A stretch of 63,617 bases of DNA, the filler included, from Bigelowiella natans CCMP2755 (Eukaryota > Protista > Cercozoa): assembly GCA_000320545.1 (NCBI GenBank). It is 5 parts of 5 records of this genome, joined end to end, with 100 filler letters (N's around TTAATTAATTAA, not from the genome) between each part and the next. Parts side by side here need not be neighbours in the genome. Positions count along the whole stretch, not along the records: positions 1 to 13,035 come from ADNK01002423.1; positions 13,136 to 41,574 come from ADNK01000738.1; 3 more parts are not named here. One strand, given 5' to 3'. Every line of letters starts with the position of its first letter. The first letter of the stretch is position 1. The notes beneath the pieces are model-generated. The model was not told the DNA's origin. It was given only the letters and a program-made list of their open reading frames with translations, and did not search any database. Positions 1 to 14,069 of the stretch are shown piece by piece. A program made the translations under genes and the position numbers.

Positions 1-2
1 GA

Positions 3-34
<32 letters not shown>

Positions 35-168
35 TTCTTTCTCTGGATGTGTGTGTGTGTGTGTGTGTACCAACTAGCCATTGTGATGATATGCTATAAA
101 TCGTGATGCCACCACTACTTTTGTTAGTGCTGTTTCTTCATCCTGCAAACAACAACAACAACTTCTAG

Positions 169-449
169 ATCATATCGGTACTGGCGAGCCACGAGAAATG
201 GGAGATGGCCTTGCAATTTGCAGAGGAGGCAAAGAAGAGTGGATTGACGTGGGATTTGCACACCTATAGCGGGGTTATTACAGGTGGAGGAGGCAGATCT
301 AGTAGTAGTTGTTGTATTAGTAGCGTTTTTTCATTTTTATTTGTAGTAGTTGTTGTTGTTGTTATTGTTGTAATATCACATACCGCTATGAATGATGAAA
401 ACGCGGACAACGAGCGCACCCCTTACGAGTAGAGAGAAACTCTCTCTAG

Positions 450-505
<56 letters not shown>

Positions 506-543
506 TGCCTTCGCACGATTATATTCACGCACTTATATATCCC

Positions 544-579
<36 letters not shown>

Positions 580-2188
580 TACTGAAACAGCAGCATAGCA
601 TCATCATTTCCTCTCACATCCTCGCCTTTTCTTTGCTCTGCTACTGCTGCTACACCTACCACCAGCTTTATCAACCCCTGGAAGGTGGAAAGAGGCATTG
701 TACATGATGGAGAGTGGGAGGGAGCAAGGAGTGCCATTGTCCTCATTTCACGTTAGCGGGGTATTGCGAGCTGCAGCAAGGGCTAAAGAATGGGAGGCAG
801 CTGTTGCCGTCTTAAACAGGTATTCGCAGTAGTAGTGATGCTAGTAGTAGTAGTTAGTAGTTAAAGTAACACCGGAGTTTGTTCAATACGAATAGAGATA
901 ATGACTTGTATCATATATTGATGGTGATTTCGAGGTGATAGTCAGTACGTGCTGAAGTATATGCATGCCTTGTGGTGAATGCTTTCATCTTCATATTCAT
1001 CACCGTCGTCTCCTTATATTGCGGGGTCCAATACCCTCCCTCCATCGCTGTGATAGGTTTGCCGGAGAGCATGTACGGGAGGGAGGAGGCAGGAGCCAAA
1101 GACGAAGGCGAAGGCCTCCCCCACCACTCATCGACTCAATTGCACTAGGTGGGTGATACATTACAGAGAGGGTCTGTCAATTGAGAAGCATCTTCCTTTC
1201 TCTCTTTCATTTGTTCTTCTCATCGTTTCTCTTTCTTCCTCCCCCCCCCCCCCCCCTCCGCCCTGGTCGTCCTCTCCGGTTTGAACCCAACCCCATTTCC
1301 CGTAAGGCACGTGTATCTCCGCTTGTGCATTCTCAAGGCAGTGGAAGCATGCTTTGGCACTTCACAGCGTCGTGATCGTTGACTCTCCCAACGTCCTCTC
1401 CAGCATGCCTCTCAATTGGAGGGAGATTGCTGAGAAAGTGCCCCCTGCACTGCAGGGCATTCGGCCGATCATCCAACCGACCCCCATGGCTCTAACAGGT
1501 GATATATGATGGTGATGCGAATATGAGCTTTGTAGTGGGTTTTTTTTAATTCATGTCGCAGTAGCAGCCACGATGATCACTGCGCAGCTTTCGCAACGCA
1601 GGATATATAAGAAAATAATTCGTTGGCGAGTGAGAAAAAGAGCTGTTTCCATCGTTCCGACGGTTTATTCGATAGATGCATCAAATGAAAGGAAGTTTGT
1701 GCCAAGAGCCGTTTTGTGCTGCAAAATGCTTCTGTCAGTGTTGCTCTGCGAAGAACACCGAGTAGTAGTTGTAGTAGTAGTAGTAGAGACTTGGGTAGAT
1801 TGCGTTTGAGGAGCGGTGCTGTACCTTACATAGAAGAGAAAGAGCTTTTGCCCTGAATAAGCAGCCTTATACTTCTCACACCGCCCCTCCCTCTGCCTCT
1901 TTGGGATATCTAAGATTTCTCACACCGTGTCACGTTGTCTTCGGCTGATTAATTCTTTGCTGTTAAAAGGAGCAATCTTGTCGCTGTGGAAGGAAGAAGG
2001 GATGTGGGGCGATGTTGCTGTTCCAGATCCCTATTACGCTGATGGCTCTCTGCATCGAGGATTGTGGGCTACGACCCGAGGTGATGAACTCGGAAAGGAA
2101 CAAGGGGAGGGGGGGGGGAGGAAGACCCTCTCAGCTGCTTCAACGCCGCTTTCAGACAACATCGCTAATGAAGCCGAGATCTCGGTAA

Positions 2189-2225
<37 letters not shown>

Positions 2226-2313
2226 GTCGATATAGTATAAACGCTTGAGATAGAACTATATTGTGTAAGAGGATAACTACAACATCCTTCAGGCTGTGAA
2301 GTAATAGCATATG

Positions 2314-2344
<31 letters not shown>

Positions 2345-3192
2345 ATATGTATCAACGTACGTCAACACTCTGAGCATCTTTCTCGATTGCCATCCTTGCT
2401 TTTGGTAGACGCAGGGGGGGGACGGAAGCAGCAGCATTCGATACGTGGAAGAGGAAGAAGATGATGTCGATGATGATGAATATGCTGAATATGAGCAAGG
2501 AGAAGACGAGGAATCATGGAGATGGAGAACTGCACTTAGACTGATAAAATGGGGTATTGGATCTGCCGGAATAACGGTAGACTTCCGATGCTTTCACGCT
2601 GCTCTACTTATCATGAATGAGCACAACCAATGGCGCCACGCTCTCGACGTGTATAGAGCAGCTGAAAGGGCAAAGGCTGCCTCCCTCTCCCTGGTAATCG
2701 CAACAACAAGAACAACAACAACGGAGCCATATGATTGTTGTAGAGAATGAGGAGGAAGAGAAGGGGGAGGAGGGCATGCACGCACAAAATCGTGTTGTAT
2801 TGGTGTATATAGTGCAATAACGTGTTTGTTATCGATTCCTCTCTTTGTTAGGCTAATGATTCTGAATTATATATTCCTCTGCTGCTTGTCCTTGACCTTT
2901 GTTTCTCCTGTTTGGGGCATTCGTGCAGATCCCCTTGGTCATGTCTTCATGCTTAAAGGCTGGCCGTTGGGAACATGCGCTTTCTGTATTTGCCTCACGT
3001 TTCAACCTCACCTATGAAGAAGAGGAAAGGGACAATGATGCTGCTGCATCTGCACCATTTGGTTTAGAAGAAACCCTTCAAGTAGAAGAAGGCGCTCACT
3101 CCGATATCAACCGAATTACCCATCATCGGCAGCAGCAGCAGCATCAGCATCGTGCCTTTCGATATATAGGAGCAGATACGCTAGCATTAGGT

Positions 3193-3237
<45 letters not shown>

Positions 3238-4399
3238 AGCCCTGTCCTCTTTCACATCTTGCTTAGAAGGGAGAAAGAAAAAAAGAAATCATCGCTATAT
3301 TTACACCATCAAACCGCAGTGTGTGTTGTTTCATGCACAATGTCGTTGTCAAATATTTGCTCAAAATAGCCCAGAAGGGGGGGGGAGTGCGTAGTGGATC
3401 TCGCCTTAGCTTCATCTATCACTGCCATCTTCCCATCGTTACGATGTCTCTTTCCCCCTTGCCAATCAATCTTACTTCTACCCACCCCCTTTCTTCCAAT
3501 AAGGTCTCCGTGCATTGACTATGGGAGGGGCATGGGATAAGGCCTTTCAACTCCTCCAGACGCAAATCATCGGGCAGAGCAATCTCCTTACGAGAGTAGA
3601 CAACTACACCGACACTACCAAGATTCACCATCGCAAGCGGGCCAATCCGGAGTTTGGGCTCAGCCCCAGGGCGTTTGCAGAAGGCATCCGTGGTTTGCCC
3701 GTGTCGCAGTGGCAGAGGGCTCTGTATGTAGCCACGAAACAGATGCAAAACGCAGGTGCGGATGCGGATTTTTGAGTAAGGGGGAATTGTCGCATTGCCG
3801 TTGTAGATTTCGTCGTTGTCCTCATTGTATATAGCTACTATTGTATTCGTCATTAGACTTCAGCTCTCCCTCAAATATAGCTTAACATTGCACGGCGTGT
3901 TTCTCTACCGAAGGTTACCGACGAAGTGCCCAAGTTTACGCAGCCCTGATTGATGCTGTTGGCACTGCCAAAGGTGGGGGATAGAAAGGGCGATGATAAC
4001 CGGTTTGCATCATCCTTGAAAAGGGGCAGAATCGTTGATTGTTAAGACTCTTTTTCCGGTGTAGAGCACTGAGTTTGGTGGTCATCAAATGTAATTGTTT
4101 CAGGAGGAACCTTTGTGGAAGATGTTGTTTCACGAATGCAGAGGGAAAAGGTGGCAATGGCGCCCCACACGTATGCAGCTGCTATACGCGCCATGGCCAA
4201 ATCTCAGCGATGGGAGAGTGCTATTGGTCTTTACCACCAAGCCATGTAAGTTTGATTCATTCGTATGCTACAGAGAGGCGAAGAAACTTCCATCATATAT
4301 CTTGCAGATTCAACGCCATCTTCCCTATATAATATCCTCCCCTTAAACATCCAACGGTTCATTCGAATCACCCCGCCTCCTCTCCCTCCTCCCCACCCC

Positions 4400-4445
<46 letters not shown>

Positions 4446-4819
4446 CTATCTCTGTCGCCTCTTTCTATGATGATGGTACACAGGGACCAATTCAATAACA
4501 AGGGTGCTGCTGCTGATAAGAGCAACGAAATCAAAGCAAAGAACGATAACGAAGGCGATGTTAGTAGCAAGATGAAGATGATGATATCCGGAACGATGCA
4601 GGCGCCTCTGTGCGCTGTACTTTGGGCGTGCCATGAGACCATGCGCTATGAGGAAGGTGTAGCTCTCTTCCGAAGTCTTCCCGATGGAATAGTGCCAGGG
4701 CGCATGGCGTTTCGACTTGGGATGAGAGTGTTTGCTGGGGCGGCTGCTGCAGCAGAGAGGAGAGGCGACTGGCAAAGGGCTATGTGGTGATATTTTGTCC
4801 AATAGGAGCACTGACCTTA

Positions 4820-4851
<32 letters not shown>

Positions 4852-6018
4852 GATGATGACACTCATATCATCCCATTGTGATGGTTAATGATTCGATGAT
4901 AGGCTGCTGCAGCAAGAGGGCATGAGCTCCTCCCCAGGAATGATTGGTGGGGCAATACGAGCAATGGCGAGAAATGGACAATGGGAAAGAGCTGAGCAGT
5001 TGTACAGATCCATGCTACTTGCTTCTAACACAACATCAGTGCCAATCATCGACGACGATCAGGAAGCTTCCTCTTCGTCCTCCTCCTCCCCGCCCCCCCT
5101 TTCCTCCTCACGGCAGCCAAGTCTCCCCTCTCGGGGGGTGCTAACGGCCGTCGCAAGCGCTCTTAGTGATGCAGGCAAGGATGAGCGCCTGATCGAGTTT
5201 CTACGAGAAATTAAACTTCTGAGACAGCAGACGAATCAAGATCAGCTCAGTCGCATATCCCCAAACAAGCAAAGCCAAAGCGGCAGCAGCAGCAGCAGCA
5301 GCAATGGTAGTAGCATTGAGCCCGAGACATCAACAATTGCGCCGATAACAAGAGAAGCAAGAGAGGCAACGACAGCCACGGGCTTGAGTCCCCCCCTCTT
5401 AGATCCAAGGGCGACAGAACTGCGCACAAAACTCTCACGCCTTATTGAGTACGGAGTGGCAAGTGCGGAAGAAGACCTAGAAAGGTATCATCATCATTTT
5501 TGTATCGCTGCTACTACAGGGAGATTGGAGGGGGGGGGGGCAGACAGTGCAAATTTTTAGCAGTTATGATGAAGATGCCTTCTAGCATTTGGGTTTGTTA
5601 TTATCGTTTTTTGTTTGCTTCTTTTCTTCAAGGCTTTATATGCATGGCAGCCATACTCGGAGTCGTCACATGCTTCATTTCACACGACGATGAAATCCCT
5701 TATAGAATCGTTTTTCAGCCGTTTTTCCCCTGTTTGCTAACACACATATATGCATATAATACATATATCTTTTGTCGCCTCCCATTTCAATCCCCAACCA
5801 ACAGCCTATTCCTCCATGCTAAGCCTATGCAAGCTAATACCCTTAAAGATGAGGGAGAGGAGGAATCGTCGTCCGCAAAAGATGAAAATGAAACAGATCG
5901 CCGCAGTAATAGGAATTTGAAGTCATCGAGGGAGCTGGGTAGTAGCAAGAAGAAAATGAATCCAAATAACGATAATGATGACACAGATGTCATGGATGTG
6001 CTCGAAGGTTTCATGTGA
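169..6018 (+). CDS. Pentatricopeptide-repeat (PPR)-like protein, multi-exon, 5' end outside the window
   Basis: Exons give repeated helix-turn-helix units with W-x-x-A motifs: HEKWEMALQFAEEAKKSGLTWDLHTYSGVIT, GRWKEALYMMESG, KEWEAAVAVLN, NQWRHALDVY, MSSCLKAGRWEHALSVF, GGAWDKAFQLL, HTYAAAIRAMAKSQRWESAIGLY, GGAIRAMARNGQWERAEQLYRSM. GT-AG introns. The stop at 6018 is tentative. Confidence 0.8.
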
Positions 6019-6214
6019 AGATGAATTGGCGTTGTACCGGAATGGATTAAAAGCATTGGAAAACTTTTAAACTTTATATTGTCAACCCTTTATCAATCCT
6101 GCCGTCCGCCTAAGTGAAATTTGCTGCTATGTTCTATAGCGCTGATCATAGGCAATAACTAACAAAGATAATGCTATTACTACCCTTTAGCCTTCCAGTG
6201 AACGCGGACAAATA

Positions 6215-6970
6215 TTTATATGCATGTGTACATAGTCACGTGTGCACACTAGTCGCAGCTGTACATGTTCGCTGTGCCAGTAGACGCATACAGTATAAGC
6301 TGTGATGCAGCAAGCTAGCTAGCGAGCAAGCATGCAGCGAGCATCGGCCGTACACATGTAGATTCACACATAACATCGACACAAATAAACGACTGACGAT
6401 GCTGGCTCAAAAGGAAGCACAGACAACTGCACATACTACTAGACTACGCGCGACATCGACGTTAGGACATGAATGCATTAAATGTAAAAACCACATAACT
6501 TGATAATAATAGCAAAGCTAGAAAGGTCAATAGACATAAAATAAGCGATGCAGCTACTTAAAGATTACTATTTAAAATCTAGAAGACATTCAACCACTTC
6601 ATTATTTCAGCCTCGTCATATATGAAATGTAGTAATGTGTTGTTCGCGTTTGCACATGTTAATCTTAACCTGACGTTCTTGTTAGCTTGTGCGCACGGAT
6701 CTACATGTGCGAATTGGATGATGTGCAATTAAAAAAAGTGAATTCATTGCATCGAAGTAACCCGTCTGCAATAACGTCTAGATGTGTATACTCATAATAA
6801 ATATGCACAAGTTCGTTCACTCAATTTGCTGTATTTACCTAAATGCGCAACAGCAACAATATCATATTTACTAAGCACAAGCATAAGCTTGTAAGCACTA
6901 GGCCATGCATGGTCTGCAGTTCGTTACATGAAAATTTGCAACAACATACGTGCAGAGCATGAAAAGTTAT
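6215..6970. repeat. Palindromic-word island 1 (between PPR and CDC23 3' ends)
   Basis: Dense TGCA, CATG, TGTACA, GCTAGCTAGC, TCTAGA, GTGCAC; no ORF. Confidence 0.7.
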
Positions 6971-7024
6971 GTTAAAATCTAGAAATTTATTCGGTCAATG
7001 CTTGTTACATGCTAGCATGGGAGG

Positions 7025-7805
7025 CTATGTATTTTTGGATTGCCCGTGATCTTTCATCGTCCTTGCAATCATTCGCATCTGATTCACAATAATAATTCAA
7101 AAAACGCAAGGATTTATTGAAAACATAGATGGTGTACAGCCCCACACCAACAAAACTTCTGAAAAGGCATGCGCGTTTAAACGCTCTCAATTGACGGGAA
7201 GGAACTACAAAAGGCGTAATTGAATGAAGCGTGCATCTGTACGATATTGATCGCACAAGAAATTGGCGCAACCAACCTCCATTAATATGCTCTTGGCCTC
7301 ATCTTTGACAGTGCCTCCTATATCCAGTAGCCGGTTGCAGTACTTCTCGCAGTGCTCAACGTCACCTTGCCTCTGTCACGACGATGATGGCGCAATAAAA
7401 CCACAACTATGTGAGCGCGAAACCACACGATAAATACTACACGATGGGGCTGTAAGATGAATTGATATTGCTTGTGTGTGCGTGGAAATGAATCTAGCTG
7501 CTTGCTGTCGGACTTATGACTTCGGTCTGCAAATGCTCCTCCCATTGCGTATGCATGCAAGGATGAAGTGAGTTGTAGAGATTTGTTGGAGGCAGTAGTA
7601 GCAGTACCTTGGCATGCTTTGCCAGGAAAAGTAAGGCATCAGCATTATCTCTTCGCTCCTCTCCATTCCTTTTAGTAGTAGTACAAAGGAGCCGTTGTAG
7701 CAATCATCATCCCACACAACAACAACAACAACAACAACAGCGACGACAAGAGGATATAGCAGTCAACCATGATGGCGACGTCTTAAAGGCAGCGGTGCTC
7801 GAGAA

Positions 7806-7841
<36 letters not shown>

Positions 7842-9519
7842 ACGTGATGTTCGTTGTTACCAACATATATGCAGTGATATCATTATTATCATTAGTAGTA
7901 GGGCAGTAGTAGTTGATAACAACAAAGGTAGTAGTAGTTGATAACAACAAAGGTAGTAGTAGTTGAACCCCCACCCCTCGAGCGCTCTCCGTTTCAGTAC
8001 TTTCTCGTAATATATGGCAGCCTGGAGGGATTTAAAGTAAATCGATTTTTTTAATATTAGGCTTTAAACGTGTGTGAAACAGCCGTGTGCTGTTAGAAGA
8101 GAGAGGTTAATATTAGTAACACCGTGTGGTTGTCTTCTTTCTTCTGATATGCTTTTGCAAGTCGCAAGATAGCTGTGCCCTCCGGATCTTCATTTCCCTG
8201 TTATGTGTACCATAATCACTATTATATTGATAATTCCTTTGTCCTTGTGGGTGTGTAGGATGATGAATATAGTAAAGATGGTGATGATGATGGTGGTGAT
8301 GATGATGATGATGTTGTGCTTAAATATGTTCGATATATATGCCGGATTCTGCGCCGCTCATTGAGAGTAGCACAATCAGTTGTAACTCCGTGACCACTTG
8401 GTTTTAAATAATGGCCATGCAAATGAATGTAAGTGCATATTTGATGCTGCTTTCACCTCAGCTTGCTTATAACACTTAATTGCATCGTCAAATCGGCCCA
8501 ATCTGATAAGCGAGGTTCGGTCTCAATAATAATAATGATGATGATGATGATGATGATGATGACAGCCGTAGCAGCAGCAGTAGTAGCACTACTACTAGTA
8601 GCAAAAATGACAATACCAGACCACACGATTGAATTATAATTCAAACTTGCTGCTTTGGGTATTTGGCGCTCCGTGCTTTTACGATTGATGGTCAATTAGT
8701 ATCTATTGTCGTAGCTATATTGCCTTTCAAAAGTTTCCCCCATTGCACACCACATCCGTGGATCATAAGGCCTAAAACGATGTTGTTATTCATATCATCA
8801 CTAGCCCCCTCATCTTCTTATCAAGGCAAACACGTGTGAGTGTGTGTGAGTGTGTGTGTGTGTTTGTATAAACGAATGAAATAAAAATCCTTTTTTCACC
8901 GCAGCAACAGCATCGTCCATGTCTCTACCCCCCTCTGCTCTTTCTATACTCATTATTATACCAAATGATGATCTTATTAACAAGTACTCTATTATTACCT
9001 GAGTTTAGTCGCCTTTTGGAAGTAGTAGAGTGCGTAGTTGTGCATTCTCATGATCTCGTATGTTTGCCCGAGGCCATACCTTGCAGCAGCAGCAGAGTGG
9101 TTATTAGTACAACACGACAACACCAATCTGTAAGGCGGAATCCTGATCCCCCCCCCCCTCACAGTAGAGATGTGGTGAAGTCGATATTAAAGCTTATCTC
9201 CATGCATCATGTAAATTGGCCTGTTCAGCATTGCAGCTAGGTGTTATTCTATCGTTGTAGGCATATCCTTATTACCATGCTCTGTAGTCTCTTGGGTTAA
9301 TATCCACTGCTCGTCTAGATGGTGCATTGTAGTAAGGACTTAATGATAATGATGATGATGATGATGATGAATTTTGCCCCTCTCTTTGCCAAATATATAT
9401 CTCCCCCCCTTCCCCCCTCTCTCCTTCTCTCCCTTTTTTGCCCACTACCACCACCAGCAGCAGTTACAGCACCTGTAAGATTCTATTGCTGCAGCAGAGT
9501 TTCTCATTTCGACATATCT

Positions 9520-9556
<37 letters not shown>

Positions 9557-10891
9557 CAGTAACAGTAGTCGTCGTTAGGACAGTCGTTGGCCAGGCAAGG
9601 AAAGAGAGGGGAGAGAGACATTAAAGAAGGCAATGTTTACTAGTAAGAGGAGGATATTCAGTATCATTGTAAGTGCACCAACATCATACTTGAGCATTCG
9701 TTAGTCATCATCATCATCATCATCATCGTCGTCATCATCATCACTGACTCATGCCCCATAAGCGTCCACGCAGACAAGTAGTTTGGATCCAATCGTAATG
9801 CTCTCTAAGGAATCAATGCAATCAATGTGTGATGATGATGATGATGATGACGAGGCCGATGGAATCATTTGTACTACTACTAGTGGGGTGGGGAGAGGAA
9901 AATAGCGATTGCTAATTTGGCAGGTAGGTAGTGGTGAAACTAATGAATAGATATATAGGTTCTTAGCACAAAGTGCATTGTTTCTTCTTCTTCTCTTTCT
10001 TCTTCACTCTCTTCCTTTTCTTCTTGCAAATATGGTTCGGTGATAACAGGGCTATCATCGTATACATCCTCAATACTATACGCAGCATCATCGTCATCGT
10101 CTACCTTGAAGTATATAACCGCACGTTCATGTTCTCCTTTCAACGAGTAGTAGTTCCCTGATAAATATAGATCATATGGATAGACACATCAGCATATCTT
10201 GCTCTCCTCGCACAACACGAAGCTGCTCTTGTACAACATCATGCGAATTATTACCAATATTTCATCTTTTTACGTGAGAGTCAAGAACATAGGCTGCTTT
10301 TAGCACATATTCATGAATTTGCGTTAGGAATACTACTTACCGATGATGCAGCATGTTTCCGGCCTATATTTATCGATCTGAATCGATAAATCGAGGAGGA
10401 GGAGGTTGAGGAGGAGGTTGGAGGGAGGAGGAGGAGTGTAAGCACAGATAATGAATAACGCCATTTGTCAACCCCCCCCCCCATCCCAGTCGCTTATTCG
10501 GTTCATTCTACTACGGCATGAGGAGTTGTGTTGTGAGAATAAGCCGTTAAACGACTACTATGGAAGCTGCATGAGCAGCAGTAGCAGCACACTAACACCT
10601 TTATCGCATTGTGCGCTAGAAACGACAACTCAGCTTTGCATTCCTGACAACGATGATGATAATAAACGATCATGCATACAATTGAACGAAGAAAATACGA
10701 TATATTATCAGAAGAGGAGGAGGTTAGAGACAGGGAGGAGGAAGGGGACATTTCAATCACTCTCGTGACAACGATGATGACCACATCGACGAGGATGATG
10801 ATGAGTGAAATATGAAGATATGAGGATAGAAGTATAGTCTTCTACCACAATACAGCTTAGAGTAACTTAGAAGTAGTATCTATAGTGCTGC

Positions 10892-10925
<34 letters not shown>

Positions 10926-11159
10926 TGTAGTAACATGAATTAGCACCTTTACAAAAAGAATATTGCTGTATACGTCCATTGCCTCTAATCTAAGGTTTAG
11001 CAGGGGGGATACCAACAGGTACAGGTGCATCAACGATGATGATGATGATGATGATGATGACGAATAATGAAAAATTGATTATAGTTAGCAAAGGTTTTAT
11101 GGTGTAAGACCCAACCCTCATCAAACAGAAATTAATACGGATTAATTGAGTACTCACAT

Positions 11160-11191
<32 letters not shown>

Positions 11192-12021
11192 TCATTATCA
11201 TTATCATTATTATCGTTATCAGCAGCAACCAATGACTAATCTAGCTACTCACTATCATCATCATAATCAGCCAGCAATGACTAATCTAGCGCTACTCCTC
11301 CATAAATCCCTATCTTTCTCCCTTTTTACTACTACTACTACTACTACTAACTACTACTACCACTACTACTACTACTACCTGCAAGGATCCTGTCTTTGTA
11401 GCAGCTGAAATAATCTTTGCGCCTCGTCAAAGTCTCTCATGTTGTAATGAGCCATTGCCATCTGTGCAGCAAGGTGTGTGCTATTTGGGAACACCTCTAT
11501 CAAAGCGTCCAGTATATCAAGAACCTTTGCAGCATACACAGTAAAGATGATGATGATGATGATGATGATGAAGATGAAGGCGGTGTGATGATGATGAAGA
11601 AGAGATACGCAAGTAAAGTAAAGGAAGTAATAGGAAGACAGAAGATGAAAAACAAGAGGAAGGGGCAATAAAGGGGGGGGGGGGTTAGGCGAATATGTTC
11701 ATACGGGTAGAAATTGATGTGTTGTTGATTGTATCTATTATTATCTGTGTTGTATATTACTACTACTACTACTACTATTACTACCTCCGTTGTTTCATGG
11801 TGCTGCAGCTCCAAGTACACATCAGCAAGAAACATCTGATCATATTAATCACGTATCATTCATATACGCAACAACTACTACAATTGACAGTAGTTCCGAT
11901 GGTCAGTCAGTGTCTTGAAAAATAACAATAAAGAAGATATCCAAACAGAAAAGCTTGCAGACAATAGCACCGAGTAGTTCTAAGCCGTTTGCCTAGTATC
12001 AACGGCGCTATTCCCAAATAG

Positions 12022-12055
<34 letters not shown>

Positions 12056-12212
12056 TTACGAAGAACAAATCCTGCATGATGATCCTACTTGCTTGATGCA
12101 ATGATCTTTGAGTTGAAGCTGCATCACGGTATCCTTCGACTTCATAAGACTGGTTAGCAGCTGGTATTGTAAACAGCAATAGCAGCATCCACAGAGAAGT
12201 AGAGAAAGCAAC

Positions 12213-12251
<39 letters not shown>

Positions 12252-12797
12252 CTATTCTGCATGGTATAGCTTTGTATATGATCGTTGTCCGTGTTCTTGT
12301 TTGGTTCTGTTTACAGTTGTGCCGCAGTATTGTAGTAGGAGTCATCATTGTGATGTGTATCTCTCGTTTCGTGTTGCTTCTCCATCCATCGATCCATCCA
12401 TCCATCCATCCATACACACATACATGCATGCATGCTTCTACCTTCCAAGCCGACCAATTAAAGGGGTATTCATTCACAGATTCAACCAAAACCTAGTAGT
12501 GAGCGAAAAGGGGGTGGGAGGGGGCATGGGGAAGAAGGAGGAGGTGGAGGAGCAAGAAAAAGAAACAGGACTTATATTTGGATCTACTACTTGTGAAAGC
12601 TTTGATAGTTGATGAACATTGTGATGACTCCTCGTTTCTGGGTTCGTCCCCCCCCCCCCTTGCATGCTACCTTCCTTCGGTTAACTTTCACACCATCAAC
12701 TGCTACCACTGCTGAATAGTACCTTGGCAGCCATTTTATTGTCATCAAGTTGCTTGAGGACAAGACCGTAGAGGTATTTGCAGAAAGGATCCAACCC
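7025..12797 (-). CDS. CDC23: Anaphase-promoting complex subunit 8 (CDC23), TPR protein; N-terminus lost in the gap at 13036-13135
   Basis: Exons read LDPFCKYLYGLVLKQL, LVESVNEYPFNWSAW, FPNSTHLAAQMAMAHYNMRDFDEAQRLF, LEAMDVYSNILFVK, KAELSFLAH, IDKYRPETCCII, NYYSLKGEHERAVIYFK, ALRLDPNYLSAWTLMGHE, YVEMRNSAAAIESYR, RAVDINPRDYRAW, YGLGQTYEIMRMHNYALYYF, PYDPRMWCAMG, EKYCNRLLDIGGTVKDEAKSIL. These are hallmark CDC23 segments. The last exon is tentative. Confidence 0.95.
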
Positions 12798-12889
12798 TAC
12801 TACCCAAGTTTGTGGAAAGGGGGGGGGGGGGGGGGGGGAGAAAGGGGGATATAAATACCCACCCAAAAAAAAGAATGGGGATAAAAAGG

Positions 12890-12922
<33 letters not shown>

Positions 12923-13035
12923 CCATTATAATACCTTTTGATAATCCTCCCCCAAATAATTTCCTTTATCCTTTTTTTCCTCCTAAAACCAAAATTTTCT
13001 TTTCTTATACCAAGGGTGGTCTCCCCCCCCCTTTC

Positions 13036-13135
13036 NNNNNNNNNNNNNNNNNNNNNNNNNNNNNNNNNNNNNNNNNNNNTTAATTAATTAANNNNNNNNN
13101 NNNNNNNNNNNNNNNNNNNNNNNNNNNNNNNNNNN
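13036..13135. other. Assembly gap with six-frame stop linker
   Basis: N44-TTAATTAATTAA-N44, exactly 100 nt; an artificial join. Confidence 0.98.
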
Positions 13136-13268
13136 GGGGGGGGGGGGAAGGAATATGTTAGAGACGTGTACGAGACAATCAATAGGAACATTGTTAAAAG
13201 CACAATTTAAATCGATAGTCAACCCGATTGCTGGCTACTACTGCTTCTATTACTACCACTACTACTAC

Positions 13269-13306
<38 letters not shown>

Positions 13307-13338
13307 GTATATTAGATTGTATATACACACATTTATAT

Positions 13339-13381
<43 letters not shown>

Positions 13382-13397
13382 AATATAATTTTTCACC

Positions 13398-14025
13398 ATA
13401 TGAATAGCCATGATCACACCGATGAGACCGCAGTGGAACCGCGCTCGCTTGATGGCGATTGCACATCGAAACCAGTGCCCGGCCAACAGCATGTACTGCC
13501 TACCCAGAGCAGGGGTTAGGGAGGGGAGGGAGATTAGGTGATTCGAGAGTCGGTCGTAGTCGGAAGATATGGCGTCACACTGAATCACTCATCTCTCCCT
13601 CCTGCTTTCGAGATCTCATATAATACGGCGGTTTTGTTCTGCTGCGGCAGAGCCTCGCGCCTCCCCGCGGGACGATGTCATCATATACATTGTTTTTCGA
13701 TGAGGTGGGGCGCGTTTGTTTGCCTGCACAACAGGGAATGGTAATGTTCACCAACCAGGCGAAGCAAAGAGCGAAGACAGGGGCGTTTGAGGAGCCGGGG
13801 TCACCCTGTGCAAAGTACAGTCAGACCCTCTCAAGATGACTGCTGTATCGATTTTTACCACTAACCCCCCTCTCCGCAACGACCCTCCTCACAACCCGTC
13901 GCTACTCTCGCTCGCACCTCAACGTGCATGAGAAGGCCAAGGATGCCGACGCCGTAGAGAGACCAGAAGATTTTGTGGCTCACATCGTCGTTGTCGAATC
14001 TGGACGAATACTCTGGACCAAAGCG

Positions 14026-14069
<44 letters not shown>

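Noticed and set aside
7907-7965. 24-bp tandem repeat GTAGTAGTTGATAACAACAAAGGT(A)
   Set aside because: Ordinary local slippage duplication in a CDC23 intron.
13080-13091. TTAATTAATTAA palindrome repeated four times
   Set aside because: Artificial six-frame stop linker centred in identical N runs.
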